In this document: piece after piece, positions 1 through 11,813 of the stretch | Layout: the number at the start of each line of letters is the position of its first letter | Numbering within the stretch: position 1 is the first letter of the stretch | Position numbers and translations under genes: made by a program | NCBI GenBank assembly: GCA_038087875.1 | Contig: JAXLNO010000352.1 | Span: forward strand, 52,333-72,332 | Origin: Malacoraja senta | Lineage: Eukaryota | Length of the DNA: 20,000 nucleotides | Direction of reading: 5' to 3' | The notes under the pieces: model-generated | Databases searched by the model: none | What the model was told of the DNA's origin: nothing | The model's input: only the letters and a program-made list of their open reading frames with translations

Positions 1-787
1 TTTCATCGCTTTTTGCAAGTGGAATTTTCGTCACTTTTCACGTGCTGAATTTTCATCGCTTTTCTTGTCCTGAAGGTACGTCGCTTTTCTCGTGCTTCAA
101 TTTCATCACTTTTTGCATCCTGAATTTTTGTTGCTTTTCGCATGCAGAATTTTCGTCGCTTGTAGCATTCTCAAATTTCAACACTTTTCTCGTGCTGAAT
201 TTTCGTCGCTTTTCACGTCCTGAAGGTTCATAGCTTTTTGCCTGCTGAATTTTCGTCACGTTTCGCGTGCAGAATTTTCATCGATTTTCGTGTCCTGAAA
301 GTTTATGAATTTTCATCACATTTCACGTGCTGAATTTTCGTCGCTTTTCGCAGGCAGAATTTTCGTCGCTTTTCATGTGTTGAAGTTTTGTCGCATTTCC
401 TGTGCAGAGATTTTCGTCACTTTGTGTCCTTATGTTTTGTTGCTTTTCGTTTGCTGGATTTACGTAACTTTTCGTGTGCTCAATTTTTTATCACTTTTCG
501 AGTGCTGAATTTTTGTCACTTTTCGCATGCTGAATTTTCGTTGCTTTTTGCGTGCTGAATTTTCGTTGCTTTTTACATCCTGAAAGTTTGTCGCTTTTCG
601 TGTCCTGATGTTTCATCGCTTTTCGCATCCTGAAATTACGTCACTTTTCGTGTGCTGAATTTTCATCGCCTTTCGCGTGCCTCATTTTCATTGCTTTTCA
701 CGTCCCGAATGATGGTCGCTTTTCGCATGCTGAATTTTCGTCGCTTTTCGCGTGCTGAATTTTTGTAACTTTTCGCATGCTCAAGTT

Positions 788-2145
788 TCATCGCTTTTCG
801 CGTGCTGAATTTCCGTCACTTTTTGTGTGCTTAGTTTTTGTCACTTTTCGCTTACTGAAGGTTTGTCACTTTTCACGTGCTGAAAATTAGTCGCTTTATG
901 CGTCCTGATGTTTCGTCACTTTTCGCGTCGTGAATTTTCGTCGCTTTTTGCGTGCTTCAATTTCATCACTTTTCGCATCCTGAATTTTTGTCGCTTTTCG
1001 CATGCAGAATTTTCGTCGCTTTTCGCATTCTCAAATTTCATCACTTTTCTCGTGCTGAATTTTGGTCGCTTTTCACGTCCTGAAGGTTCGTAGCATTTTG
1101 CCTGCTGAATTTTTGTCGCTTTTCACGTGCTGAATTTTTGTAGCTTTTCGTATGCTGGATTTCCGTACAATTCCACGTGCTTCATTTTCATCACATTTCG
1201 CGTACTTCATTTTCATTGCTTTTTGCAAGTGGAATTTTCGTCACTTTTCACGTGCTGAATTTTCATCGCTTTTCTTGTCCTGAAGGTACGTAGCTTTTCT
1301 CGTGCTTCATTTTCATCACTTTTCGCATCCTGAATTTTTTTCGCTATTCGTATGCTGAATTTTCGTCGCTTTTCGCGTGCTGAATTTTTGTAGCTTTTCG
1401 CATGCTGAATTTTCATCGCTTTTCGCGTGCTGAATTTTCGTCACTTTTTGTGTGCTGAGTTTTTGTCACTTTCCGCTTCCTGGTTTGTCACTTTTCACAT
1501 GCTGAAAATTAGTCGCTTTATGCGTCCTGATGTTTCGTCACTTTTCGCGTCGTGAATTTTTGTCGCTTTTTGCATGCTTCAATTTCATCACTTTCCGCAT
1601 CCTGAATTTTTGTCGCTTTTAGCATGCAGAATTTTCGTCGCTTTTTGCATTCTCAAATTTCATCACTTTTCTCGTGCTGAATTTTCGTCGCTTTTCACGT
1701 GCTGAAGGTTCGTAGCTTTTTGCCTGCTGAATTTTCATCACTTTTCGCATGCAGAATTTTCGTCGATTTCCGTGTCCTGAAAGTTTATGAATTTTTGTCA
1801 CTTTTCGCGTGCTGAATTTTTGTCGCTTTTCATGTTCTGCAATGTCTTCACATTTCGCATGCTGAATTTTCATCGCTTTTCGCGTGCTGAATTTTCGTCA
1901 CTTTTTGTGTGCTGAGTTTTTGTCACTTTTCGCTTCCTGAAGGTTTGTCACTTTTCACGTGCTGAAAATTAGTCGCTTTATGCGTCCTGATGTTTCGTCA
2001 CTTTTCGCGTCGTGAATTTTCGTCGCTTTTTGCGTGCTTCAATTTCATCACTTTTTGCATCCTGAATTTTTGTCGCTTTTCGCATGCAGAATTTTCGTCG
2101 CTTTTCGCATTCTCAAATTTCATCACTTTTCTCGTGCTGAATTTT
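788..2145. repeat. Three copies of a ~280-350-bp multi-monomer block within the satellite
   Basis: The diagnostic variant string GCTGAAAATTAGTCGCTTTATGCGTCCTGATGTTTCGTCACTTTTCGCGTCGTGAA occurs at 879, 1501 and 1961, with shared flanking variant monomers (e.g. CATTCTCAAATTTCATCACTTTTCTCG). Boundaries are approximate. Confidence 0.85.
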
Positions 2146-2827
2146 GAATTGTTCATGTCCTGAATTTTCGTCGCCTTTCGCGTGCTTCATTTTCATCGCC
2201 TTTAGCGTGCTTCATTTTCAGAACTTTTCGCGTACTGAAGGTTCATCGCTTTTGGCATGCTGAATTTTCGTCGCTTTTCCAGTGCTTCATTTTCATCACT
2301 TTTCGCGTCCAGAAGGTTCGTCCCTTTTCACATGCTGAATTTTCGTCGATTTCCGCATGCTGAATTATCGTCACTTTTCATGTGCTGAATTTTCGTCACT
2401 TTTCACGTTCTGAAATTCCGTCACTTTTCGCATGCTGAATTTTCGTCACTTTTCGCAAGCAGAATTTTTGTTGCTTTTTTACGTGTTTCATTTTCATCAC
2501 TTTACGTGTCCTGAATGTTCGTCACTTTTCACGTGCTGAATTTTTGTCGCTTTTCGCAGGCTAAGCTTTCGTCGTTTTTCACGTGCTGTATTTTCATCAC
2601 TTCGCATGCTAAATATTCGTCGCTTTTCGCATGCTGAATTTTTGTCGCCTTTCGCAAGCTGAATTTTCATTGCTTTTCGCGTGCTTCATTTTCATTACTT
2701 TTCGTGTCCTGAAGGTTCGTCGCTTTTCGCATGGTGAAGTTTCGTCGCTTTTCACGTCCTGAATTTACGTCACTTTTCATGTGCTGAAATTCTGTTGCTT
2801 TGCACGTGCTGAAATTTTCGTCGCTTT

Positions 2828-3020
2828 ATAATAATAATAATAATGAATTTTATTTACGGGCGCCTTATACCGAGGTCTCAAGGACACCTTACAGAGATTT
2901 ATAGGAAACATATAATCAGAATAAACAAAATAAGTTATAAAGACCAATACACAAATCAGGGACAGAATTCCTTCCAAAAAACACAAAAAAGAAAATCAGA
3001 AGCACAATTTGAGGAGAGCC
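2828..3020 (-). mobile_element. 5'-truncated non-LTR retroposon 3' end (L2-clade LINE, or a SINE with an L2-type tail) inserted in the satellite
   Basis: An A-rich non-satellite island. The minus strand ends ...CTGTAAGGTGTCCTTGAGACCTCGGTATAAGGCGCCCGTAAATAAAATTC(ATT)n, giving a 3' stem-loop (plus-strand arms 2859-2866 and 2880-2888), AATAAA (2849-2854) and a short (TTA)n tail (2828-2844). This is the typical 3'-end architecture of fish L2 elements. The family is assigned from recalled pattern, not from a search. Confidence 0.8.
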
Positions 3021-3902
3021 TGCTGAATATTCATCACATTTTGCGTACTGAAATTTCATCGCTTTTCACGTTCTGAAATTTTGTCACTTTTCGCGTGCTG
3101 AATTTTCGTCGCTTTTTGCATCCTGAAGATTCGTCGCATTTCGCCTGCTGAATTTTCCTCACTTTTCGCGTTCTGAATTGTTGTCACTTTTCACAGGCTG
3201 AGTTTTCGTCGCATTTCACGTGCTGTATTTTTGTCACTTTTTGTATGCTGAATTTTCGTCGCCTTTCGCGTGTTTCATTTTCATCGCCTTTTATCACTTT
3301 TTGCACCCTGAAGGTTCTCCGCTTTTCGCATGCTGAAGTTTCGTCGCTTTTCGCGTGCTGAATTTTGTCACTTTTCATGTTGTGAAATGTCGTCTCTTTT
3401 CACCTGCTGAAATTCCTCGCTTTTCGCGTGCTGAATTTTCATCGCTTTTCGCAGGCTGAATTTTCATCACTTTTCAATGTGCTGAAATTTTGTCACTTTT
3501 CTCGTGCTGAGATTTTCGTCGCTTTGTGTTCTTATGTTTTGTTGCTTTTCGCTTGCTGGATTTACGTCGCTTTCCGTGTGCTGAATTTTCATCACTTTTC
3601 CAGTGCTGAATTTTTGTCACTTTTTGCATGCTGAATTTTCGTCGCTTTTCGCGCGCTGAATTTTCGTCGCTTTTCACGTTCTCAAATTTCATCACTTTTC
3701 TCGTGCTGAATTTTCGTCGCTTTTCATGTCCCGAAGGTTCGTCGCTTTTCGTGTCTTGATATTTCATCGCTTTTCGCATCCTGAAATTACGTCACTTTTC
3801 GTGTGCTGAATTTTCATCGACTTTCTCGTGCCTCATTTTAATTGCTTTTTGTGTCCTGAATGGTAGTCGCTTTTTGCATGCTGAATTTTCGTCCCTTTTC
3901 AC

Positions 3903-4100
3903 GTGCTGAATTTTCGTCGCTTTTCGCGTGCTGAATTTTAGTCGCTTTTCACGTCCTCAAGGTTCGTTGCTTTCCTCATGCAGAATTTTCGTTGCTTTTC
4001 ACGTGCTGAATTTTCGTCGCTTTTCGCGTGCTGAATTTGTCGCTTTTCACGTCCTCAAGGTTCGTTGCTTTTCTCATGCTGAATTTCCGTTGCTTTTCAC
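3903..4100. repeat. Local tandem duplication of a 4-monomer (~98-100 bp) block
   Basis: The rare variant GTCCTCAAGGTTCGTTGCTTT occurs at 3953 and 4051 with matching neighbouring monomers. Confidence 0.8.
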
Positions 4101-5401
4101 GTGCTGAATTTTCGTCGCTTTTCGTGTGCTGAATTTTCGTCGCTTTTCACGTTCTCAAATGTCATCACTTTTCCCATGCTGAATTTTCAGCGCTTTTCAC
4201 ATTCTGGTTTGTCGCTTTTCGCCTACTGAATTTTCGTCACTTGTCGCGTGCAGAATTTTCGTCGATTTTCGTGTCCTGAAAGTTCTTCGCATTTCACGTC
4301 CTGAAATTTCATCACTTTATGGGTCCTGATGTTTCAGCGCTTTTCGCATCCTGAAATTACGTCACTTTTCGTGTGCTGTATTTTTCTTGCCTTTCGCGAG
4401 CTTCATTTTCATTGCATTTCACGTCCAGAATGCTGAATGCTGCTGAATTGCATGCTGAATTTTCGTTGCATTTCGCATGCTGAATTTGTGTAGCTTTTCG
4501 CATGCTGAAATTTTGTCGCATTTCGTGTGCTGAATTTTCGTCGCTTTTCGCTTCCTGATGGTTCGTCACTTTTCACGTGCTGAAAATTAGTCACTTTATG
4601 TGTCCTGATGTTTCGTGGCTTTTCGCGTCCTGAATTTAAGTCATTTTTCATGTGCTGAATTTTCGTCGCTTTACGTGTGCTGAATTTTTGTCGCTTTTCG
4701 CATGCTGAATTTTCGTCGCTTTTCCCCAGCTTCCTTTTCATCACTTTTCGCGTCCTGAAAATTCATCGGTTTTCGCATGCAGAATTTTTGTCGCTTTTCG
4801 CATGCTGAATTTTCGTCACTTTTCGCGTGCTGAATTTTCATTGATTTTCGCGTGCTGAATTTTTGTTGCTTTTCGCAGGCTGAATTTTCGTTGCTTTTCA
4901 TGTGCTGAAATTTTGTCGCCTTTCACGTCCTGAAATTTCATCGCTTTATGCGTCCTGATGTTTCATCACTTTTCGCATACTGAATTTTCGTCGCTTTTCC
5001 AGTGCATCATTTTCATCGCTTTTCACGTTCTAAAATTTCGTCACTTTTCGTGTGCTGAATTTTCAGCGCTTTTCGCGTCCTGAAGGTTCATCACTTTTGT
5101 CATGCTGAATTTTCATCGCTTTTCGCAGGCTGACTTTTCGTCGCTTTTCACGTGCTGTATTTTTGCCACTTTTCACATTCAGAATTTTCGTTGCTTTTCA
5201 CGTGCTGAAGTTTCGTCGCTTTTCGCATGCTGAAGTTTCGTCGCTTGTCGCGACCTGAATTTACGTCGCTTTTCGTGTGCTGCATTTACGTCGCTTTTCG
5301 CGTGCTTCATTTTCATCACTTTTCGCATACTGGGTTCGTTGCTTTTAGCATGGTAAATTTTCGTCGCTTTTCGCATCATGAGGGTTCGTCGTTTTTCACA
5401 T

Positions 5402-8400
5402 GCTGAATTTTCGTTGAATTTCGCATGCTGAATTTTCGTCGCTTTTCGCGTGCTGAATTTTCGTCGCTGGCTGAATTTTCCTCGCTTTTCATGTGATGAA
5501 ATTTTGTCGCTTTGCATGTGCTGACATTTGCGCAGGCTGATTTTTCGTAGATTTTCGTGTGCTGAAGTTTCGTCGCTTTTCACATCATGAATTTACTTCG
5601 CTTTTCATGTGCTGAATTATCGTTGCATTTCGCGTGTTTCATTTTCATCACTTTTCGCATACTGAAGGTTCATCGCTTTTCGCATGCTGAATTTTCGTCG
5701 CTTTTCCAGTGCTTCATTTTCATCGCTTTTCGCGTCCTGAAAGTTTGTCGCTTTTCGCATGCTGAATTTTCGTCGATTTTCGCATGCTGAATTTTCATCA
5801 CTTTTCGCGTACTGAATTTTCATCGCTTTTCACGTTCTGAAATTTCGTCACTTTTCTTGTGCTGAATTTTCATCGCTTTTCGCGTCCTGAAGGTTCATCA
5901 CTTTTGTCGTGCTGAATTTTGATCACTTTCGCAGGCTGAGTTTTCGTCGCTTTTCATGTGCTATGATTTTGTCACTTTTCACGCTGAATTTTCGTTGCTT
6001 TTCAGGTGCTGAAGTTTCGTCGATTTTCACATGCTGAAGTTTCGTCGCTTTTCGCGACCTGAATTTACGTCGCTTTTCGTGTGCTGAATTTTTGTCACTT
6101 TTCGCGTGCTTCATTTTCATCACTTTTCGCATACTGGGTTCGTTGCTTTTAGCATGGTAAATTTACGTCGATTTTCCTGTACTTCATTTTCGCGTACTTC
6201 ATTATATGTCCCGACGTTTTGTTGCTTTTCACGTCCTGAATTTACGTTGATTTATGTGTGCTGAATTTTCATCGCTTTTTGCATTCAGTATTTTTGTAGA
6301 TTTTCGCAAGCTAAATTTTCGTCACTTTTTGCGTGCTGAATTTTCGTCGCTTTTCACGTTCTGAAATGTCATCAATTTTTGCATGCTGAATTTTCGTCGT
6401 TTTTTGCGTGCTGAATTTTTGTCGCTTTTCGCATGTTGAATTTTCGTCGCTTTTCGCATCCTGAAGATTCGTTGCATTTCGCCTGCTGAATTTTGCTCAC
6501 TTTTCGCGTGCTGAATTTTCGTCGATTTTCGTGTCCTGAAAGCTCTTCACTTTTCATATGCTGAATTTTTTATCACTTTGCGCAGGCTAATATTTCATCG
6601 AATTTCCCGTGCTTCAATTTCATCGCTTTTCGCATCCTGAAGGTTCGTCACTTTTCACGTGCTGTATTTTCGTCACTTTTCGCATGCTGAATATTCGTCG
6701 CTTTACGCGTGATGAATTTTTGTAGCTATTCGCAAGCTGAATTTTCATCGCTTTTCCTGTGCTTCATTTTCATCGCTTTTCGTGTACTGAAGTTTCTTCA
6801 CTCTTCGCGTGCTGAAGTTTCGTCGCTTTTCGAATGCTGAATTTTCGTCGCCTTTCGCGTGTTTCATTTTCATCGCCTTTCGCGTGCTTTATTTTCATCA
6901 CTTTTCGCGTCCTGAAGTTTCGTCGCTTTTCACATGCTGAAGATTCGTCGCTTTTCACGTCCTGAATTTTTGTCACTTTTCACGTGCTGATATTTTCGTC
7001 GCTTTATGCCCCTGAATTTACGTTGCTTTTTGTGTGTGAATTTTTATCGCTTTTTGCGTGCTGAATTTTCGTTGCCTTTCGCGTGCTTCATTTTCATCAC
7101 CTTTCACTTGCTTCATTTTCATCGCCTTTTGCGTACTTCATTTTCATCACTTTTCGCGTCCTGAAGGTTTGTCGCTTTTCGCGTCCTGAATTTACGTCGC
7201 TTTTTATGTGTTGAATTATCGTCGCTTTTCGCGTGTTTCATTTTCATCACTTTTCGCATACCAGAAGGTTCGTCGCTTTTCGCATACTGAATTTTCGTCG
7301 CTTTTCCAGTGCTTCACTTTCATCGCTTTTCGCATCATGATGGTTCATCGCTTTTCGAATACTGAATTTTCGTCGAGTTTCACATGCTGAATTTTCATCA
7401 CTTTTCGCGTGCTGAATTTTCGTCGCTTTTCACGTTCTGAAATTTCTTCACTTTTCGCGTGCTTAATTTTCGTCGCTTTCCGCATGCTGAATTTTCGTCG
7501 CTTTTCCCGTGCTTCATTTTCATCGCTTTTTCCGTCCTGAAGGTTCGTCACTTCATGCCCCTGAATTTACGTTGCTTTTTGTGTGTGAATTTTTATCGCT
7601 TTTTGCGTGCTGAATTTTCATCACTTTTCGCATCCTGAAGATTCGTCGCATTTCGCCTGCTAAATTTTCTTCACTTTTTGCATGCTGCATTTTCGTCAAT
7701 TTTCGTGTCCTGAGAGCTCGTCACTTTTCATGTGCTGAATTTTTATCGCTTTGTGCAGGCTGATTTTTCGTTGATTTTCGTGTGCTGAAATTTTGTCGCT
7801 TTTCACATCCTGAAATATCGTCGCTTTATGCATGCTGAATTTTCGTCGCCTTTCGTGTGCTTTATTTTCATCACCTTTCACGTGCTTCATTTTCATCGCC
7901 TTTCGCGTTCTTCATTTACATCACTTTTCGCGTCCTGAAGGTTCGTCGCTTTTCGCATGCTGAAGTTTCGTCGCTTTTCGCATCATGAATTTACTTCGCT
8001 TTTCATGTGCTGAATTATTGTCGCTTTTCGCGTGTTTCATTTTCATCACTTTTCGCATACTGAAGGTTCGTTGTTTTTCGCATGCTGAATTTATGTCGCT
8101 TTTCCAGTGCTTCATTTTCATCGCTTTTCGCGTCCTGAAGGTTCGGCGCTTTTCGCATGATGAATTTTCGTCGATTTTCGCATGCTGAATTTTCGTCACT
8201 TTCCGCGTGCTGAATTTTCGTCGCTTTTCACGTTCTGAAATTTCTTCACTTTTCGCATGCTTAATTTTCGTCGCTTTTCTCGTGCTGAATTTTCGTCGTG
8301 TTTCCCATGCTGAATTTTCATCTGTTTTCTCTTTCTGAAACTTCGTTACTTTTCGCGTGCTAAATTTACATCACTTTTCGCATCCTGAAGGTTCATCACT

Positions 8401-11400
8401 TTTGTTGTGTTGAATTTTCATCGCTTTTTGCAGGCTGAATTTTTGTTGCTTTTCATGTGCTGAAATTTTGTCGCTTTTCACGTGCTGAAATGTTCGTTGC
8501 TTTATGTCCTGATGTTTTGTTGCTTTTCGCGTCCTGAATTTACATCGCTTTTTGTGTGCTGAATTTTCATCGCTTTTTGCGTGCTGTATTTTTGTAGGTT
8601 TTCGCAGGCTGAATTTTCGTTGAATTTCGCATGCTGAATTTTCGTCGCTTTTCGCGTGCTGAATTTTCGTCGCTGGCTGAATTTTCCTCGCTTTTCATGT
8701 GATGAAATTTTGTCGCTTTGCATGTGCTGACATTTGCGCAGGCTGATTTTTCGTAGATTTTCGTGTGCTGAAGTTTCGTCGCTTTTCACATCATGAATTT
8801 ACTTCGCTTTTCATGTGCTGAATTATCGTTGCATTTCGCGTGTTTCATTTTCATCACTTTTCGCATACTGAAGGTTCATCGCTTTTCGCATGCTGAATTT
8901 TCGTCGCTTTTCCAGTGCTTCATTTTCATCGCTTTTCGCGTCCTGAAAGTTTGTCGCTTTTCGCATGCTGAATTTTCGTCGATTTTCGCATGCTGAATTT
9001 TCATCACTTTTCGCGTACTGAATTTTCATCGCTTTTCACGTTCTGAAATTTCGTCACTTTTCTTGTGCTGAATTTTCATCGCTTTTCGCGTCCTGAAGGT
9101 TCATCACTTTTGTCGTGCTGAATTTTGATCACTTTCGCAGGCTGAGTTTTCGTCGCTTTTCATGTGCTATGATTTTGTCACTTTTCACGCTGAATTTTCG
9201 TTGCTTTTCAGGTGCTGAAGTTTCGTCGATTTTCACATGCTGAAGTTTCGTCGCTTTTCGCGACCTGAATTTACGTCGCTTTTCGTGTGCTGAATTTTTG
9301 TCACTTTTCGCGTGCTTCATTTTCATCACTTTTCGCATACTGGGTTCGTTGCTTTTAGCATGGTAAATTTACGTCGATTTTCCTGTACTTCATTTTCGCG
9401 TACTTCATTATATGTCCCGACGTTTTGTTGCTTTTCACGTCCTGAATTTACGTTGATTTATGTGTGCTGAATTTTCATCGCTTTTTGCATTCAGTATTTT
9501 TGTAGATTTTCGCAAGCTAAATTTTCGTCACTTTTTGCGTGCTGAATTTTCGTCGCTTTTCACGTTCTGAAATGTCATCAATTTTTGTATGCTGAATTTT
9601 CGTCGTTTTTTGCGTGCTGAATTTTTGTCGCTTTTCGCATGTTGAATTTTCGTCGCTTTTCGCATCCTGAAGATTCGTTGCATTTCGCCTGCTGAATTTT
9701 GCTCACTTTTCGCGTGCTGAATTTTCGTCGATTTTCGTGTCCTGAAAGCTCTTCACTTTTCATATGCTGAATTTTTTATCACTTTGCGCAGGCTAATATT
9801 TCATCGAATTTCCCGTGCTTCAATTTCATCGCTTTTCGCATCCTGAAGGTTCGTCACTTTTCACGTGCTGTATTTTCGTCACTTTTCGCATGCTGAATAT
9901 TCGTCGCTTTACGCGTGATGAATTTTTGTAGCTATTCGCAAGCTGAATTTTCATCGCTTTTCCTGTGCTTCATTTTCATCGCTTTTCGTGTACTGAAGTT
10001 TCTTCACTCTTCGCGTGCTGAAGTTTCGTCGCTTTTCGAATGCTGAATTTTCGTCGCCTTTCGCGTGTTTCATTTTCATCGCCTTTCGCGTGCTTTATTT
10101 TCATCACTTTTCGCGTCCTGAAGTTTCGTCGCTTTTCACATGCTGAAGATTCGTCGCTTTTCACGTCCTGAATTTTTGTCACTTTTCACGTGCTGATATT
10201 TTCGTCGCTTTATGCCCCTGAATTTACGTTGCTTTTTGTGTGTGAATTTTTATCGCTTTTTGCGTGCTGAATTTTCGTTGCCTTTCGCGTGCTTCATTTT
10301 CATCACCTTTCACTTGCTTCATTTTCATCGCCTTTTGCGTACTTCATTTTCATCACTTTTCGCGTCCTGAAGGTTTGTCGCTTTTCGCGTCCTGAATTTA
10401 CGTCGCTTTTTATGTGTTGAATTATCGTCGCTTTTCGCGTGTTTCATTTTCATCACTTTTCGCATACCAGAAGGTTCGTCGCTTTTCGCATACTGAATTT
10501 TCGTCGCTTTTCCAGTGCTTCACTTTCATCGCTTTTCGCATCATGATGGTTCATCGCTTTTCGAATACTGAATTTTCGTCGAGTTTCACATGCTGAATTT
10601 TCATCACTTTTCGCGTGCTGAATTTTCGTCGCTTTTCACGTTCTGAAATTTCTTCACTTTTCGCGTGCTTAATTTTCGTCGCTTTCCGCATGCTGAATTT
10701 TCGTCGCTTTTCCCGTGCTTCATTTTCATCGCTTTTTCCGTCCTGAAGGTTCGTCACTTCATGCCCCTGAATTTACGTTGCTTTTTGTGTGTGAATTTTT
10801 ATCGCTTTTTGCGTGCTGAATTTTCATCACTTTTCGCATCCTGAAGATTCGTCGCATTTCGCCTGCTAAATTTTCTTCACTTTTTGCATGCTGCATTTTC
10901 GTCAATTTTCGTGTCCTGAGAGCTCGTCACTTTTCATGTGCTGAATTTTTATCGCTTTGTGCAGGCTGATTTTTCGTTGATTTTCGTGTGCTGAAATTTT
11001 GTCGCTTTTCACATCCTGAAATATCGTCGCTTTATGCATGCTGAATTTTCGTCGCCTTTCGTGTGCTTTATTTTCATCACCTTTCACGTGCTTCATTTTC
11101 ATCGCCTTTCGCGTTCTTCATTTACATCACTTTTCGCGTCCTGAAGGTTCGTCGCTTTTCGCATGCTGAAGTTTCGTCGCTTTTCGCATCATGAATTTAC
11201 TTCGCTTTTCATGTGCTGAATTATTGTCGCTTTTCGCGTGTTTCATTTTCATCACTTTTCGCATACTGAAGGTTCGTTGTTTTTCGCATGCTGAATTTAT
11301 GTCGCTTTTCCAGTGCTTCATTTTCATCGCTTTTCGCGTCCTGAAGGTTCGGCGCTTTTCGCATGATGAATTTTCGTCGATTTTCGCATGCTGAATTTTC

Positions 11401-11813
11401 GTCACTTTCCGCGTGCTGAATTTTCGTCGCTTTTCACGTTCTGAAATTTCTTCACTTTTCGCATGCTTAATTTTCGTCGCTTTTCTCGTGCTGAATTTTC
11501 GTCGTGTTTCCCATGCTGAATTTTCATCTGTTTTCTCTTTCTGAAACTTCGTTACTTTTCGCGTGCTAAATTTACATCACTTTTCGCATCCTGAAGGTTC
11601 ATCACTTTTGTTGTGTTGAATTTTCATCGCTTTTTGCAGGCTGAATTTTTGTTGCTTTTCATGTGTTGAAATTTTGTCGCTTTTCACGTGCTGAAATGTT
11701 CGTTGCTTTATGTCCTGATGTTTTGTTGCTTTTCGCGTCCTGAATTTACATCGCTTTTTGTGTGCTGAATTTTCATCGCTTTTTGCGTGCTGTATTTTTG
11801 TAGGTTTTCGCAG
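5402..11813. repeat. Near-perfect 3206-bp tandem duplication (5402-8607 / 8608-11813)
   Basis: ORF-track entries repeat at an offset of exactly 3206 (5587/8793, 5923/9129, 6770/9976, 7985/11191). The ends and junction share GCTGAATTTTCGT at 5402, 8608 and 11814. I saw only two differences (6382 C vs 9588 T; 8460 C vs 11666 T), without an exhaustive alignment. Confidence 0.95.

Noticed and set aside
2777..3076. ORFs 2777-2986 (-) and 2843-3076 (+), including a YYYYY run
   Set aside because: They are chance read-throughs of the L2-like 3' UTR and (TTA)n tail into the satellite.
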